DNA of 42,080 bases, from assembly GCA_035629195.1 (NCBI GenBank), contig DASPIH010000102.1, forward strand, positions 1 to 42,080. Direction: 5' to 3'. Origin of the DNA: Blastococcus sp. GTDB taxonomy: Bacteria; Actinomycetota; Actinomycetes; Mycobacteriales; Geodermatophilaceae. A program made the translations under genes and the position numbers. Shown piece after piece: positions 18,075 to 28,554 of the stretch (position 1 is the stretch's first letter; each line of letters opens with the position of its first letter). The notes below the pieces were generated by a model. That model was given only the letters and a program-made list of their open reading frames with translations. It was not told where the DNA came from and did no database searches.

Positions 18075-18803
18075 GTGCGGGTGCTCGAGCTGTGGCGCTA
18101 TCCGGTGAAGTCGCTGCAGGGCGAGCGCCTGAGCCGGACGCCGGTCGGCCCGCTGGGCATCCCCGGTGACCGGCGCTGGGCCCTGTTCGACCGCGACTCC
18201 GGGCGGGGCCTGACCGCGCGGCGGGATCCGGATCTGCTGCTCGCCGCGGCCCGGATCCGCGCGGACGGCGACGTGGAGGTGGTGCTGCCCGACGGAGCGG
18301 TGGCCGCCGGTCCCGTCGAGATCCCTGCCGTGGTCTCCGCCTGGCTCGGCCGCCGCGTCGAGCTCCGCGAGGCCGGGGAGGACGGCGCGGTGCCCGTCCA
18401 CGAGACCCCGGCCGACGAGGAGGTGCCCGATCCCGCCGAGTGGTTGCGGTGGGAAGGCGCCTCCGGCCCCTTCCACGACAGCCCCCGGATCCGCCTGTCG
18501 CTGGTCTCCACCGGCACGCTCGGCACCTGGGACCGTCGACGGTTCCGCGCCAACGTGGTCCTGGCGGGCGCGGGGGAGGAGCAGCTCGAGGGGCGGCAGG
18601 CCCGGCTCGGCACTGCGCTGCTGGAACTCGGGCGGCCGATCGACCGCTGTGTCATGACCACCCGCCCGCAGCCCGGCGGCATCGCCCGGGACACGTCGGT
18701 GCTGAAGACGATCCACCGGGAGCGGAACGGCCTGCTCGCCGTCCGTGCGGCCGTGCTCGAACCGGGCGCCGTCCGGGTCGGCGACGCGCTCGTGCCGGCC
18801 TGA
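18075..18803 (+). CDS. MOSC domain protein
   Basis: LWRYPVKS, GDRRW, RRFRANVV motifs and conserved Cys in RCVMTT. Confidence 0.9.
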   Translation: MRVLELWRYPVKSLQGERLSRTPVGPLGIPGDRRWALFDRDSGRGLTARRDPDLLLAAARIRADGDVEVVLPDGAVAAGPVEIPAVVSAWLGRRVELREAGEDGAVPVHETPADEEVPDPAEWLRWEGASGPFHDSPRIRLSLVSTGTLGTWDRRRFRANVVLAGAGEEQLEGRQARLGTALLELGRPIDRCVMTTRPQPGGIARDTSVLKTIHRERNGLLAVRAAVLEPGAVRVGDALVPA

Positions 18804-18819
18804 CGGGAGACTGGACCGC

Positions 18820-19035
18820 GTGCGCACCATCGACCTGCGTCCCGGCGAGGACAGCATCCGGCTGGGCCAGCTGCTCAAGCTCGTCGACGCCGTTCCCACC
18901 GGCGCCCAGGTGAAGGACGTGCTGCTCTCCGGGGCGGTCACCGTGAACGGCGAGCCCGAGGAGCGCCGGGGGCGGCAGCTGCGCTCGGGCGACGTCGTGG
19001 CCGTCGAGGGCCACGGGACCGTCCGGATCGGGTGA
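18820..19035 (+). CDS. S4-domain RNA-binding protein (YbcJ/YaaA-like)
   Basis: IRLGQLLK...VTVNGEPEERRGRQLRSGDVV. Confidence 0.88.
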   Translation: MRTIDLRPGEDSIRLGQLLKLVDAVPTGAQVKDVLLSGAVTVNGEPEERRGRQLRSGDVVAVEGHGTVRIG

Positions 19036-19078
19036 GGACCCCTGCCCCCACCGCTCGCGGCGGGCTCCTGCAGGGGCC
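19036..19078. repeat. REP-like intergenic palindromic element / possible terminator
   Basis: Nested stems CCCCTGC/GCAGGGG and CCCACCGC/GCGGCGGG. Confidence 0.45.
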
Positions 19079-19096
19079 GCGTGGCACGCTCACGAC

Positions 19097-20277
19097 GTGA
19101 CAAGCACGCCGCTCGCATCCCGGTTGCGGGGCTTCGGGACGACGGTCTTCGCCGAGATGAGCGCGCTGGCCGTGCGCACCGGCTCGGTCAACCTCGGGCA
19201 GGGCTTTCCTGACTACCCCGGCCCCGCCGCGGTCCTCGACGTCGCGCGCGCCGCGATCGGCACGGGCGCCGACCAGTACCCGCCAGGGCCGGGCACGCCC
19301 GCGCTGCGCGCCGCCGTCGCCGAGCACTCCGCGCGGTTCTCCGGGCTCGGATACGACCCCGACACCGAGGTGCTGGTCACCGCGGGCGCCACCGAGGCGC
19401 TGGCCGCGGCCATGCTCGGACTGCTCGAGCCCGGCGACGAGGTCCTCGTGTTCGAGCCCCTCTACGACAGCTACAGCGCGTCGGTGGCCATGGCCGGAGG
19501 TGTGGTCCGGCCGGTACCGCTGCACCCTCCCGCCGGCGGCGACGGGGCGTGGACCTTCGACGAGGCCGAGCTGCGGGCCGCGCTCACGCCGCGCACCCGG
19601 TTGCTGCTGCTCAACACGCCGCACAACCCCACGGGCAAGGTCTTCGCCCCGGCCGAGCTCGCCGTCCTCGCGGGCCTGGCCCAGGAGCACGATCTCACCG
19701 TGCTCACCGACGAGGTGTACGAGCACCTGGTCTTCGACGGCGCCCGGCACGTCTCCCTCGCCACGCTGCCGGGCATGCGCGAGCGCACTCTCGTCGTCTC
19801 CAGTGCGGGCAAGACCTTCAACGTGACGGGCTGGAAGGTCGGCTGGATCTGCGGTCCCGCGCCGCTGGTGGCCGCCGTCCGCACGGCCAAGCAGTTCCTC
19901 ACCTACGTCAACGCCGGGCCCCTCCAGCCCGCCGTCGCCGTGGGGCTGCGGATGCCCGGGGAGTACTTCGCCGGTGTCGCGCACGACCTCCAGCGCCGGC
20001 GCGACGTCCTGGTCACCGGCCTGCGCCAGGCAGGCCTGCCGGTGGTCAGCCCGGAGGCGACCTACTTCGCGACCGTCGACGTCCGTCCCGTCCGTGCCGA
20101 CGGCGACGGCCTGGCCTTCTGCCGGGAGCTGCCCGGACGGATCGGCGTCGTGGCCATCCCGACCGTGGTGTTCTACACCCCGGAGCACACCGACCTGGGG
20201 CGCCACCTGGTGCGGTTCGCGTTCTGCAAGAGCGATGCGGTGCTCGCCGATGCGGTCGAGCGGCTGAGGAGGCTGGC

Positions 20278-20281
<4 letters not shown>
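19097..20281 (+). CDS. PLP-dependent class I/II aminotransferase (YbdL/MtnE/DapC-like)
   Basis: NLGQGFPD, NTPHNPTG, DEVY and SAGKTFNVTGWK (PLP Lys) motifs. Confidence 0.92.
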
Positions 20282-21054
<773 letters not shown>

Positions 21055-21063
21055 CCCGGCGGG

Positions 21064-21876
21064 TCAGACGGCGTCGTCCGGGGTGACGGGGTCGTGGTCC
21101 ACGACGACCTGCTCGCGCCGCACCTGCCCCGTGACCGTCTCCTGCTCGGTGACCAGTTCGGTGCGCAGGCGCACCCGCTCCACCGGTACCACCTCGACGC
21201 CCACGACCGGGCGCTCGGTGTGCAGCACGATCTCCTCCGGCAGTGACGAGGACCGGGCGGTGTCCAGAGCCGCTCCGTCCTCGGCGTCCAGGGGCACCTC
21301 CTCGATCCGGATCTCCTCCCGCCGGATCGGCACGGTCACCTGCACCTCCTCGGTGACCACGTACTTGACCACCCGGACACGTCGGACGGGCACGCGCTCG
21401 GTGCTCACCGCCAGGCGTTCCTCGCTGCGGGTCATGGCGCCGTCGGTGCTCGCGGGTGCGGCGCGCCCGGCCCGATCCGGCTCGGGTACCGGCGGCGTCG
21501 CCGGAAGGGCGACGGTGTCCGTCGCGGATCCGGTGTTCCCGCCCTCCACCGGCGCGGAGGAAACGGCCTCGGCCAGTCCGTAGTGACGGCGCAGCTCGGC
21601 TTCCTCGCCGGGGTCGAGGTGGTTCCCGCTGGGGGCCGGAGCGCTCCTCACCGCGTCGGCGGTGACCGGGAGCTGCAGGCGGCCGTCGTGCCAGCTCGCC
21701 TCGCTCGCGGGGACGATCGAGTGCCGGGTGCCGAACAGACCGGTGGTGACGGCGACCCAGGTGGGCTCGCCGGTCCGGTCGTCGACGAAGAAGTGCTGCA
21801 CCGTGCCCAGCTTGTCGCCCCCGTTGCCGTAGGCGGTGCTGCCGATGGCGGCGGTCACCTCGCTCTGGCTCAACAT
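21064..21876 (-). CDS. PRC-barrel + DUF2382 (YsnF/AvaK-like) stress protein
   Basis: GDKLGTV...TGEPTWVAVTTGLFG PRC barrel; MTRSEERL, IRREE and VRREQ DUF2382 motifs; AAGGAG RBS. Confidence 0.88.
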   Translation of the reverse strand: MLSQSEVTAAIGSTAYGNGGDKLGTVQHFFVDDRTGEPTWVAVTTGLFGTRHSIVPASEASWHDGRLQLPVTADAVRSAPAPSGNHLDPGEEAELRRHYGLAEAVSSAPVEGGNTGSATDTVALPATPPVPEPDRAGRAAPASTDGAMTRSEERLAVSTERVPVRRVRVVKYVVTEEVQVTVPIRREEIRIEEVPLDAEDGAALDTARSSSLPEEIVLHTERPVVGVEVVPVERVRLRTELVTEQETVTGQVRREQVVVDHDPVTPDDAV

Positions 21877-21965
21877 GGCCGCTCCTTCCCGGGGGCGCCC
21901 TCCGATGGACGCAGTACCCGGAGCGTTCCCCGGGCGGCGGCCCGGTGAACATGGCCGGCCGCGAG

Positions 21966-22934
21966 TCAGGCGGGCGGGAGCACCAGGTCGACGACGACCG
22001 AGCGGTGGTCACTGCCGCGCACGGGCACGAACGAGCACCCGGCGACCGCCAGCCGTGGATCGACGAGGACGTGGTCCAGGGCGAGCCGGGGGAGGCGCAG
22101 CCGCAGGGGCCGCCAGGTCCACTCGGCACCCCGGCCCTGCGCCCGGGCGGCGTCCCGGTACCCCCGGCGGACGACCGCGCGCAGCGCGCCGTGGTCGGGC
22201 GTGGCGTTGAAGTCCCCGGCCAGCACCCGCAGCGCCTCCGGCACCGGGCCGGGCAGCCGCGCCAGGTCACCGGTCCAGGCCCGCACGGCTCCAGGGGAGA
22301 GGGCAGGTGGCGCGGTGTGCACCGCCACCAGTTCCACCGGGGGGCCGGACGCGCGAGACACCCGCGCCGAGGGCTGTTCGAACGTCCCGGGCACCGCGGC
22401 CCGCCGGTCCAGGGGGAGCCGGCTCCACACGGCGCCGGAGGCCGAGGGCACGGCGCCCGGGCGCGCGGGGATCACGTGGGCGTGGGGCAGCAGCCGGTCC
22501 AGGCCGGCATCGTGCAGCCGGCGCTCGGCGTCGGGCGTGAGCTCCTGGACGGCGAGCAGGTCGACGTCGTGCCGGCGGACGAGCTCCACGACGGACGCGG
22601 CCGGCACCAGGCCCTTGCGCAGGCTGACCGTGGCGATGCGCAGCCGCTCTCCGCCGTCCGGAAGCACGGGGGCGGGCGTGCCGCGGTTGCCCCGTACGGC
22701 GCCGGTGAGCACCGCGCCCGCCAGCGCGGCCAGGAGCGTGCCGCCGGCGGACCGCGCCGCCGCTGCCGCGGCCACGGGCAGGACGGAGCTCGCTGCCGCG
22801 TAGGGGGTGAACGCCACGACCGGCACGAGCGGAAAACCGCGGTCCCCGCCGGTCGCGCGCAGCGCCGCCCAGGCCGCCCACGGCACCGCCGCCACCATGC
22901 CCCACCCCTCGCGGCGGCTGCGCTGCTGGGACAT
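21966..22934 (-). CDS. Endonuclease/exonuclease/phosphatase family membrane protein
   Basis: AVQE, AGDFNAT, LDHVL and GSDHR motifs; hydrophobic N-terminus; start uncertain. Confidence 0.88.
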   Translation of the reverse strand: MSQQRSRREGWGMVAAVPWAAWAALRATGGDRGFPLVPVVAFTPYAAASSVLPVAAAAAARSAGGTLLAALAGAVLTGAVRGNRGTPAPVLPDGGERLRIATVSLRKGLVPAASVVELVRRHDVDLLAVQELTPDAERRLHDAGLDRLLPHAHVIPARPGAVPSASGAVWSRLPLDRRAAVPGTFEQPSARVSRASGPPVELVAVHTAPPALSPGAVRAWTGDLARLPGPVPEALRVLAGDFNATPDHGALRAVVRRGYRDAARAQGRGAEWTWRPLRLRLPRLALDHVLVDPRLAVAGCSFVPVRGSDHRSVVVDLVLPPA

Positions 22935-22996
22935 GTCCGGCAACGTACAGCGGCGTGCGGAAGCGCGTCCCGGCGCCGCTGCCCTACGGTCGGCCG

Positions 22997-23629
22997 GTGG
23001 TCACCGAGCAGCTCGAGGTCGAGCGGAAGTTCGACGTCGGACCCGCCTTCGTCGTTCCCCCGCTCGACGGCGTACCGGGCGTCGCGTCGGCCGGGCCGCC
23101 GGTTCCCCACCACCTGGAGGCGACCTATCACGACACCGCGGACCTGCGGCTGGTCCGCGCACGGGTGACCCTGCGGCGGCGCACCGGTGGCCCCGACGAG
23201 GGCTGGCACCTGAAGCTCCCCGCCGGAGCAGCCCGCCGCGAGCTGCACCTGCCGCTGGGCGCTGCGGCCACGGGGCCACCGGAGGAGCTGCTGACCGCGG
23301 TCGCCGGTCTCCTGGGCGGGGCTGCGGTCCTCCCGGTCGTGACGCTCCGCACCCGACGGGTGGTCACCTGGCTCCGCGATGCCGCCGGCCGGGTGCTCGC
23401 CGAGCTCGCCGACGACACGGTCGAGGCGACGGTGCTCCCCGCTGCGACCGGCAACGGGCCGGAACGGCGCTCGTGGCGGGAGGTCGAGGTGGAGCTGGTC
23501 GAGGGGGAGGAGCCGTTGCTGGCGGCTGTCGGGGACGTGCTGGTCGCCGCGGGTGCCACACCGTCCCCGCGGGCCTCGAAGCTCGCCTTCGCGCTGGCCG
23601 GGCGGCTCGCGGCAGACCCGCCGGGCTGA
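22997..23629 (+). CDS. CYTH (triphosphate tunnel metalloenzyme) domain protein
   Basis: ExExK motif EVERKF, TLRRRTGG..EGWHLK, WREVEVEL and SKL. Confidence 0.88.
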   Translation: MVTEQLEVERKFDVGPAFVVPPLDGVPGVASAGPPVPHHLEATYHDTADLRLVRARVTLRRRTGGPDEGWHLKLPAGAARRELHLPLGAAATGPPEELLTAVAGLLGGAAVLPVVTLRTRRVVTWLRDAAGRVLAELADDTVEATVLPAATGNGPERRSWREVEVELVEGEEPLLAAVGDVLVAAGATPSPRASKLAFALAGRLAADPPG

Positions 23630-23687
23630 TCGGCACCGGGCACGTCCCGCCGGGCCGCGTCGTCCTCCGGCAGCACGGGCGGGCACC

Positions 23688-25079
23688 ATGGCGGGGTCCG
23701 TCGCTCCCCGAGGCCTGGAGGCCGTCCTGTCCGTCGTCGCCCTCCTGGGTTTCGGCACCGTCGTCCTGCTCGCCATGGGCCTTCTGCACGCCTACCTGTG
23801 GTTCCGGCTGGTGCGGAGCACCACCGAGCCGGGCCGGCTGCGCCGGCGACTGACCTGGCTGACCGTCTTCCTGACCTTCCTCCCGGTGCTGGCCGTGGTG
23901 CTGCGCGGGGTGCTGCCCATGAACACCGCTGCCCCGCTCAGCTGGATCGGCTTCAGCTGGCTCGGCATCGCCTTCTACGCGTTCCTGTCCCTCCTCGTCC
24001 TGGAGCCGGTCCGCGCGGTCGGACGGCTGATGATCAGCAAGCGCGCGGATGGACGGGTCGTCCCGAGTGGGTCCCGGAGGGGTCCGCGCAGGGACGACGC
24101 AGCGGCTCAGCCCGACGGGGGAACGGCACCTGGCCGCGGTGCCGTCCGGCCGGACGGCGGTTTCACGGCCCGCAGTGCCGTCCGGCAGGACGGCGGTGTG
24201 ATCGACCGCGATGTCGCAGCGGACGTGCCGGACCGCTCACGGCGGCTCTTCCTCGCGCGCGGACTGGCCGTCACCGCGGGCGCGGTGGCGCTGGGCACCG
24301 CCGGAACGGGTGCGTACCTCGCCAACAGCGCGCCCGTGGTCCGGCGGGTCCCCATCACGCTGTCCCGGCTGGATCCCGCCCTGGACGGGCTCAGGATCGT
24401 CACCTTCTCCGACGGCCACCTCTCGTCCACCTACGGCGGCCGCCGGTTCGAGCGGCTGGTGGAGATGGTCAACGAGCAGCGGCCCGACGTGGTCGCGATC
24501 GTCGGTGACCTGGTCGACGACGACGTGGAAGCACTGCGCGAGGACGTCGCGCCGCTGCGGGACCTGGTGAGCGAGCAGGGCGTCTTCTTCGTCACCGGCA
24601 ACCACGAGTACTTCACCGACACCACCGGCTGGCTGCGGCACCTCCCCACCCTCGGCGTGGAGGTGCTGCGCAACGAGCGGGTACCGATCCGTCGGGGGGG
24701 TGCCTCCTTCGACCTCGCCGGCATCGACGACCGGACCGCCGCGGCCTCGGGCCTTCCCGGCCACGGTGCCGACCTCGGCGCTGCCCTGGACGGCCGGGAC
24801 GAGGGGACACCGGTGGTGCTGCTGGCCCACCAGCCCTTCATGGTCGGCCAGGCGGCGCAGGCAGGGGTGGACCTGCAGCTGTCGGGCCACACGCACGGCG
24901 GGCAGCTGTGGCCTTTCGACTACGCCATCCGCCTGGACCAGCCGGCCGTCGAGGGGCTCTCCCGGCACGGGGACACCCAGCTGTACGTCACGTCCGGAGC
25001 AGGCTTCTGGGGACCGCCGATGCGGATCGGTGCCCGTCCGGAGATCACCGTCGTGGAGCTGCGCTCACCCGGTCGGTGA
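23688..25079 (+). CDS. Membrane-anchored metallophosphoesterase (YkuE/YaeI-like)
   Basis: SDGH, GDLVD, GNHE, LAHQP and GHTHGGQ motifs; N-terminal TM helices; start uncertain. Confidence 0.9.
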   Translation: MAGSVAPRGLEAVLSVVALLGFGTVVLLAMGLLHAYLWFRLVRSTTEPGRLRRRLTWLTVFLTFLPVLAVVLRGVLPMNTAAPLSWIGFSWLGIAFYAFLSLLVLEPVRAVGRLMISKRADGRVVPSGSRRGPRRDDAAAQPDGGTAPGRGAVRPDGGFTARSAVRQDGGVIDRDVAADVPDRSRRLFLARGLAVTAGAVALGTAGTGAYLANSAPVVRRVPITLSRLDPALDGLRIVTFSDGHLSSTYGGRRFERLVEMVNEQRPDVVAIVGDLVDDDVEALREDVAPLRDLVSEQGVFFVTGNHEYFTDTTGWLRHLPTLGVEVLRNERVPIRRGGASFDLAGIDDRTAAASGLPGHGADLGAALDGRDEGTPVVLLAHQPFMVGQAAQAGVDLQLSGHTHGGQLWPFDYAIRLDQPAVEGLSRHGDTQLYVTSGAGFWGPPMRIGARPEITVVELRSPGR

Positions 25080-25088
25080 GGATCGCCC

Positions 25089-25667
25089 TCAGGCCGCCTC
25101 GAGCGCGTCGAAGGCCGCTTCGACGCAGGCCACGAGCGCGCGCTCCCCGCGGCTGTCGGCCCACAGCAGCAGGCCGGCCGTGTAGGCGGAGAGGTAGGCA
25201 CCGGCGATGACCGTGTCGGTCGGTCCGATCGGCTGCCCGCTGGTCCTGGCGAGGCTCTCCAGCACCATGGCGGCCGTGGCGCGCTCGAACTCCGCTGCCC
25301 GGTGCCGCAGCGCCGGCGTGGAGGCGATCACCTGCCAGCGCGCGGACAGCTCGGCCTCGGCTTCGCCCTCGATACCGGCGATCATCTGCACCGCCGACCG
25401 GCGGATCCGCTGTCCCAGCGGCAGCTCCGCCGGCTGGTCGGCGAGCAGCGAAGCGGTCTCCTCCGGGCTGGGGAGCCGCATGATCACGTGCTCCTTGCTC
25501 GGGTAGTGCGCGTAGAACGTGGGCACGGAGACGCCGGCTGCCGCCGCGATCTGACCGATGCCCACCACGTCGAAGCCATGCTCCTGGAACAGCTCCAGCG
25601 CGGCCTCGAGGATCCGCCGGTGGGTCGCCTCCCACCTGCGGCTCCGTCTCTCCGGCAGGCTCGACAC
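25089..25667 (-). CDS. TetR family transcriptional regulator
   Basis: HTH ILEAALELF..GFD....IAAAAGVSVPTFYAHYPSKE; alternative ATG at 25757 overlapping the pfkA stop. Confidence 0.88.
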   Translation of the reverse strand: MSSLPERRSRRWEATHRRILEAALELFQEHGFDVVGIGQIAAAAGVSVPTFYAHYPSKEHVIMRLPSPEETASLLADQPAELPLGQRIRRSAVQMIAGIEGEAEAELSARWQVIASTPALRHRAAEFERATAAMVLESLARTSGQPIGPTDTVIAGAYLSAYTAGLLLWADSRGERALVACVEAAFDALEAA

Positions 25668-25753
25668 GAGGCGTGTGCGCTCGTCGCGATGCCCCGTCCC
25701 GTGCTGCTGCGAGCGGGTCGTCCCCCTCACGGGAGTCGGGCGGCCGGGGAGGC

Positions 25754-26782
25754 TCATCCGGTGAAGGCCCCCCGCTCCGCCAGCCGCGAGGAGGGAACGG
25801 TCTTCAGCCGGGCCACCGCCTGTGCCAGCGGCACCAGCTCGATCTCGCTGCCCCGGAGAGCCACCATCTGCCCGTGCTGCCCCTCGTGGGCGGCCGTCGC
25901 GGCGTGCAGGCCGAACCGGGTGGCCAGCACGCGGTCGAACGAGGTCGGGGTGCCGCCGCGCTGCACGTGCCCGAGCACCGTCGTCCGGACCTCCTTCCCG
26001 GTGCGTCGCTCCAGCTCGTCGCCCAGCTGCTGCGCGACGCCGGTGAACCGGCGGTGCCCGTACTGGTCGATCCCGCCGTCCCGCAGCGACATGGTCCCGG
26101 GCCGGGGTGTCGCTCCTTCGGCGACGACGCCGATGACGTGGGAGTCCCCGCGCTCGAAGCGGGCCGTGACCAGCCGGCAGACCTCGTCGACGTCGAACGG
26201 CTCCTCCGGGACGAGCGTGACGTGGGCGCCGGCCGCCAGGCCCGCGTGCAGCGCGATCCACCCGGCGTGGCGGCCCATGACCTCGACGAGGAGCACCCGC
26301 TGATGCGACTCGGCGGTCGTGTGCAGCCGGTCGATCATCTCGGTGGCGATGCTGACCGCGGTGTCGAAGCCGAAGGTGAGGTCCGTGCAGTCGATGTCGT
26401 TGTCGATCGTCTTCGGAACGCCCACGACCGGGACACCGGCTTCCGACAGCATGGAGGCGGCGGTGAGCGTGCCCTCCCCGCCGATGGGGATCAGGACGTC
26501 GATACCGTGCGCCGCGAGGACGGCGCGCATCCGCTCCAGCCCGTCGTGCAGCACCGTCGGAGCCACCCGGGCGGAACCCAGCGTGGTGCCGCCCCGGGTC
26601 AGCAGCCCGTCGACGGCGCCGACGTCCAGAGGGGTCGTCCGGTCCTCGAGAAGACCACGCCAGCCGTCGCGGAAGCCGACCACGTCACTGCCGTAGTGGT
26701 TCACAGCCGTGCGGACGACGGATCGGATCACCGCGTTGAGTCCGGGGCAGTCACCCCCACCGGTGAGAACTCCGATGCGCAC
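25754..26782 (-). CDS. pfkA: ATP-dependent 6-phosphofructokinase
   Basis: [28 protein letters not shown] and LGHVQRGG motifs. Confidence 0.95.
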   Translation of the reverse strand: MRIGVLTGGGDCPGLNAVIRSVVRTAVNHYGSDVVGFRDGWRGLLEDRTTPLDVGAVDGLLTRGGTTLGSARVAPTVLHDGLERMRAVLAAHGIDVLIPIGGEGTLTAASMLSEAGVPVVGVPKTIDNDIDCTDLTFGFDTAVSIATEMIDRLHTTAESHQRVLLVEVMGRHAGWIALHAGLAAGAHVTLVPEEPFDVDEVCRLVTARFERGDSHVIGVVAEGATPRPGTMSLRDGGIDQYGHRRFTGVAQQLGDELERRTGKEVRTTVLGHVQRGGTPTSFDRVLATRFGLHAATAAHEGQHGQMVALRGSEIELVPLAQAVARLKTVPSSRLAERGAFTG

Positions 26783-26810
26783 CCGCGCCCCCTTCGGTCC
26801 GGAAGCCGCC

Positions 26811-26919
26811 ACCATACGTCATGACGTCCTGATGTTCTCCGGACACGCCGGAGCGTGGCACCCGCAGGCGTGGCGTCTCATACGACATGACGACCAGACG
26901 TCTCGTCTGGCAGTACCTT
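26811..26919. promoter_or_regulatory. Divergent pfkA/gntR promoter with two related operator-like boxes
   Basis: CATACGTCATGACGTCCTGATGT (26813-26835, containing the palindrome ACGTCATGACGT) and CATACGACATGACGACCAGACGT (26879-26901); -10-like TATGGT (minus, 26811-26816) and TACCTT (plus, 26914-26919). Confidence 0.6.
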
Positions 26920-26928
26920 TGCCGCGTG

Positions 26929-27666
26929 GTGAGCCCCGTCCCCGGACCGAAGTACCTGTCGGTCCGGGAGCATCTCCGGCGCCGGGTCGCCGCCCTGCCC
27001 GAGCTCACGCTGCTCCCGCCGGAGCCGGTGCTCTGCGCCGAGTACGGCGTCAGCCGCATCACGCTGCGCCGCGCGGTCGACGGGCTGGTCGCCGACGGGC
27101 ACCTCGTCCGCGAGCAGGGCCGTGGCACCTACGTGACCAGGCCGGCCATACGGCACGAGTACCGCGAGAGCTTCGTGCACCGCATCGCCGGCTGGAGCTC
27201 GGTCATGACCGAGCAGGGGGCGCAGGTGGGCACGACGGTGCTCACCCAGCGCGTCGTCCCCGTGCCGGCCGCCGTCGCCACCGAGCTGCGGTTGGATCTC
27301 ACGGCGGACGTCGTCGAGCTCGTGCGGCTGCGGAGCGTCGACGGAGTCCCCAACCACGTCGCGCACAGCTTCCTGCCCGAGAAGCTCTATCCCGCTACCG
27401 CCGACGCGGACTTCGGCGAAGGCTCGCTGTACGACTTCCTCCGCCGTGAGTACGGCGCGGATCTGGCGCATGCGCGGATCGTCGTCGACGTCGGTACCGC
27501 CGCCCCCGACGAGGCCGAGCTGCTGCACGTCGTCGCCGGCTCGCCGCTGCTCGTGGTGCGGACCACCGTGCGGGACAGCGACGGGTCGCCGCTGCTGCAC
27601 AGCTTCTCGCGGCTGCGCCCGGACGTCAGCCAGGTCGAGTTCGAGGTCTCGGTGGGAGGGCGCTGA
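26929..27666 (+). CDS. GntR family (HutC/UTRA) transcriptional regulator
   Basis: LPPE..LCAEYGVSRITLRRA..L...G...REQGRGTYV wHTH plus UTRA domain. Confidence 0.92.
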   Translation: MSPVPGPKYLSVREHLRRRVAALPELTLLPPEPVLCAEYGVSRITLRRAVDGLVADGHLVREQGRGTYVTRPAIRHEYRESFVHRIAGWSSVMTEQGAQVGTTVLTQRVVPVPAAVATELRLDLTADVVELVRLRSVDGVPNHVAHSFLPEKLYPATADADFGEGSLYDFLRREYGADLAHARIVVDVGTAAPDEAELLHVVAGSPLLVVRTTVRDSDGSPLLHSFSRLRPDVSQVEFEVSVGGR

Positions 27667-28139
27667 TGTCGACGACCACGGCCACGGGCAGCCGGGACGT
27701 CCCGCAGGACCCGGAAGAGGTGTGGCGGGCGCTTGCGGTCCTCGAGCCCTACTGCTCGGTGTGCGACGTCTCCTACCTCTTCGAGGGTGCGCCGGGGGGC
27801 CCGCGTCTGGGCACGACGTTCGTCTGCGCACCCGGCCGGCTCGACGGGACACCCGCCGCCGGGGCGCCCCGGGGCGAGATCGTCGAGTGGGATCCCCCGC
27901 GGCTGGTCGCCACCCGGCTGCGCCTGACGCCGGAGACCTGGACCACGCGGATCGAGCTGCGGGCGGCGCCCGCCGGTGGCACCCGGGTGACCATGACGGT
28001 CACGCACGAGCCGGCCGGTGGCGGCCGGCTCGTGCGGCGACTCCAGCGCAGCGGGCTGCGACGGCTGGTCCAGCGCACCGTCGACGCCGAACTGGCCAAG
28101 GTGCCCGCCCACGTGGACCGCGTCGCCCGATCCGCCTGA
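27666..28139 (+). CDS. SRPBCC (polyketide cyclase/START-like) protein
   Basis: PEEVWRAL, EIVEWDPPR and GGTRVT pattern; TGATG coupling to GntR. Confidence 0.7.
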   Translation: MSTTTATGSRDVPQDPEEVWRALAVLEPYCSVCDVSYLFEGAPGGPRLGTTFVCAPGRLDGTPAAGAPRGEIVEWDPPRLVATRLRLTPETWTTRIELRAAPAGGTRVTMTVTHEPAGGGRLVRRLQRSGLRRLVQRTVDAELAKVPAHVDRVARSA

Positions 28140-28272
28140 CGCGGTCGCCCCCGATCGGGGGACCCGTGCATCAGAGATCGACTTCGCGGGTACGGAGTCC
28201 GCCGTGCCCCGGCGGCACACCCGGCAACGTGCCGGGAGCGTGCACTCCGGGCGGGCTTCGAGGAGATTTGCT

Positions 28273-28545
28273 ATGGAGATCATCGGTTTGATCATCGCGG
28301 GGCTCATCATCGGCCTGCTGGGGAAGTTCGCCGCCCCCGGCGCGCGCGACAACACGCCCCTCTGGCTGACGGTGCTGTGCGGCATCGGCGGGGTGCTCAT
28401 CGGGTACTACGTGAGCGGCGCGCTGGGGGTGGCGGCGACTCCCGGCATCGACTGGATGCGGTGGATCATCTCCATCATCGTCGCGGCGGTGCTGGTGGTG
28501 GCGGCGTCCACGCTCACCGGCCGCAACAACCGCGCCGTCCGCTGA
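28273..28545 (+). CDS. GlsB/YeaQ/YmgE family stress-response membrane protein
   Basis: IIGLIIAGLIIGLLGK..APG; three TM segments; AGGAG RBS. Confidence 0.88.
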   Translation: MEIIGLIIAGLIIGLLGKFAAPGARDNTPLWLTVLCGIGGVLIGYYVSGALGVAATPGIDWMRWIISIIVAAVLVVAASTLTGRNNRAVR

Positions 28546-28554
28546 GCCCCGGCC

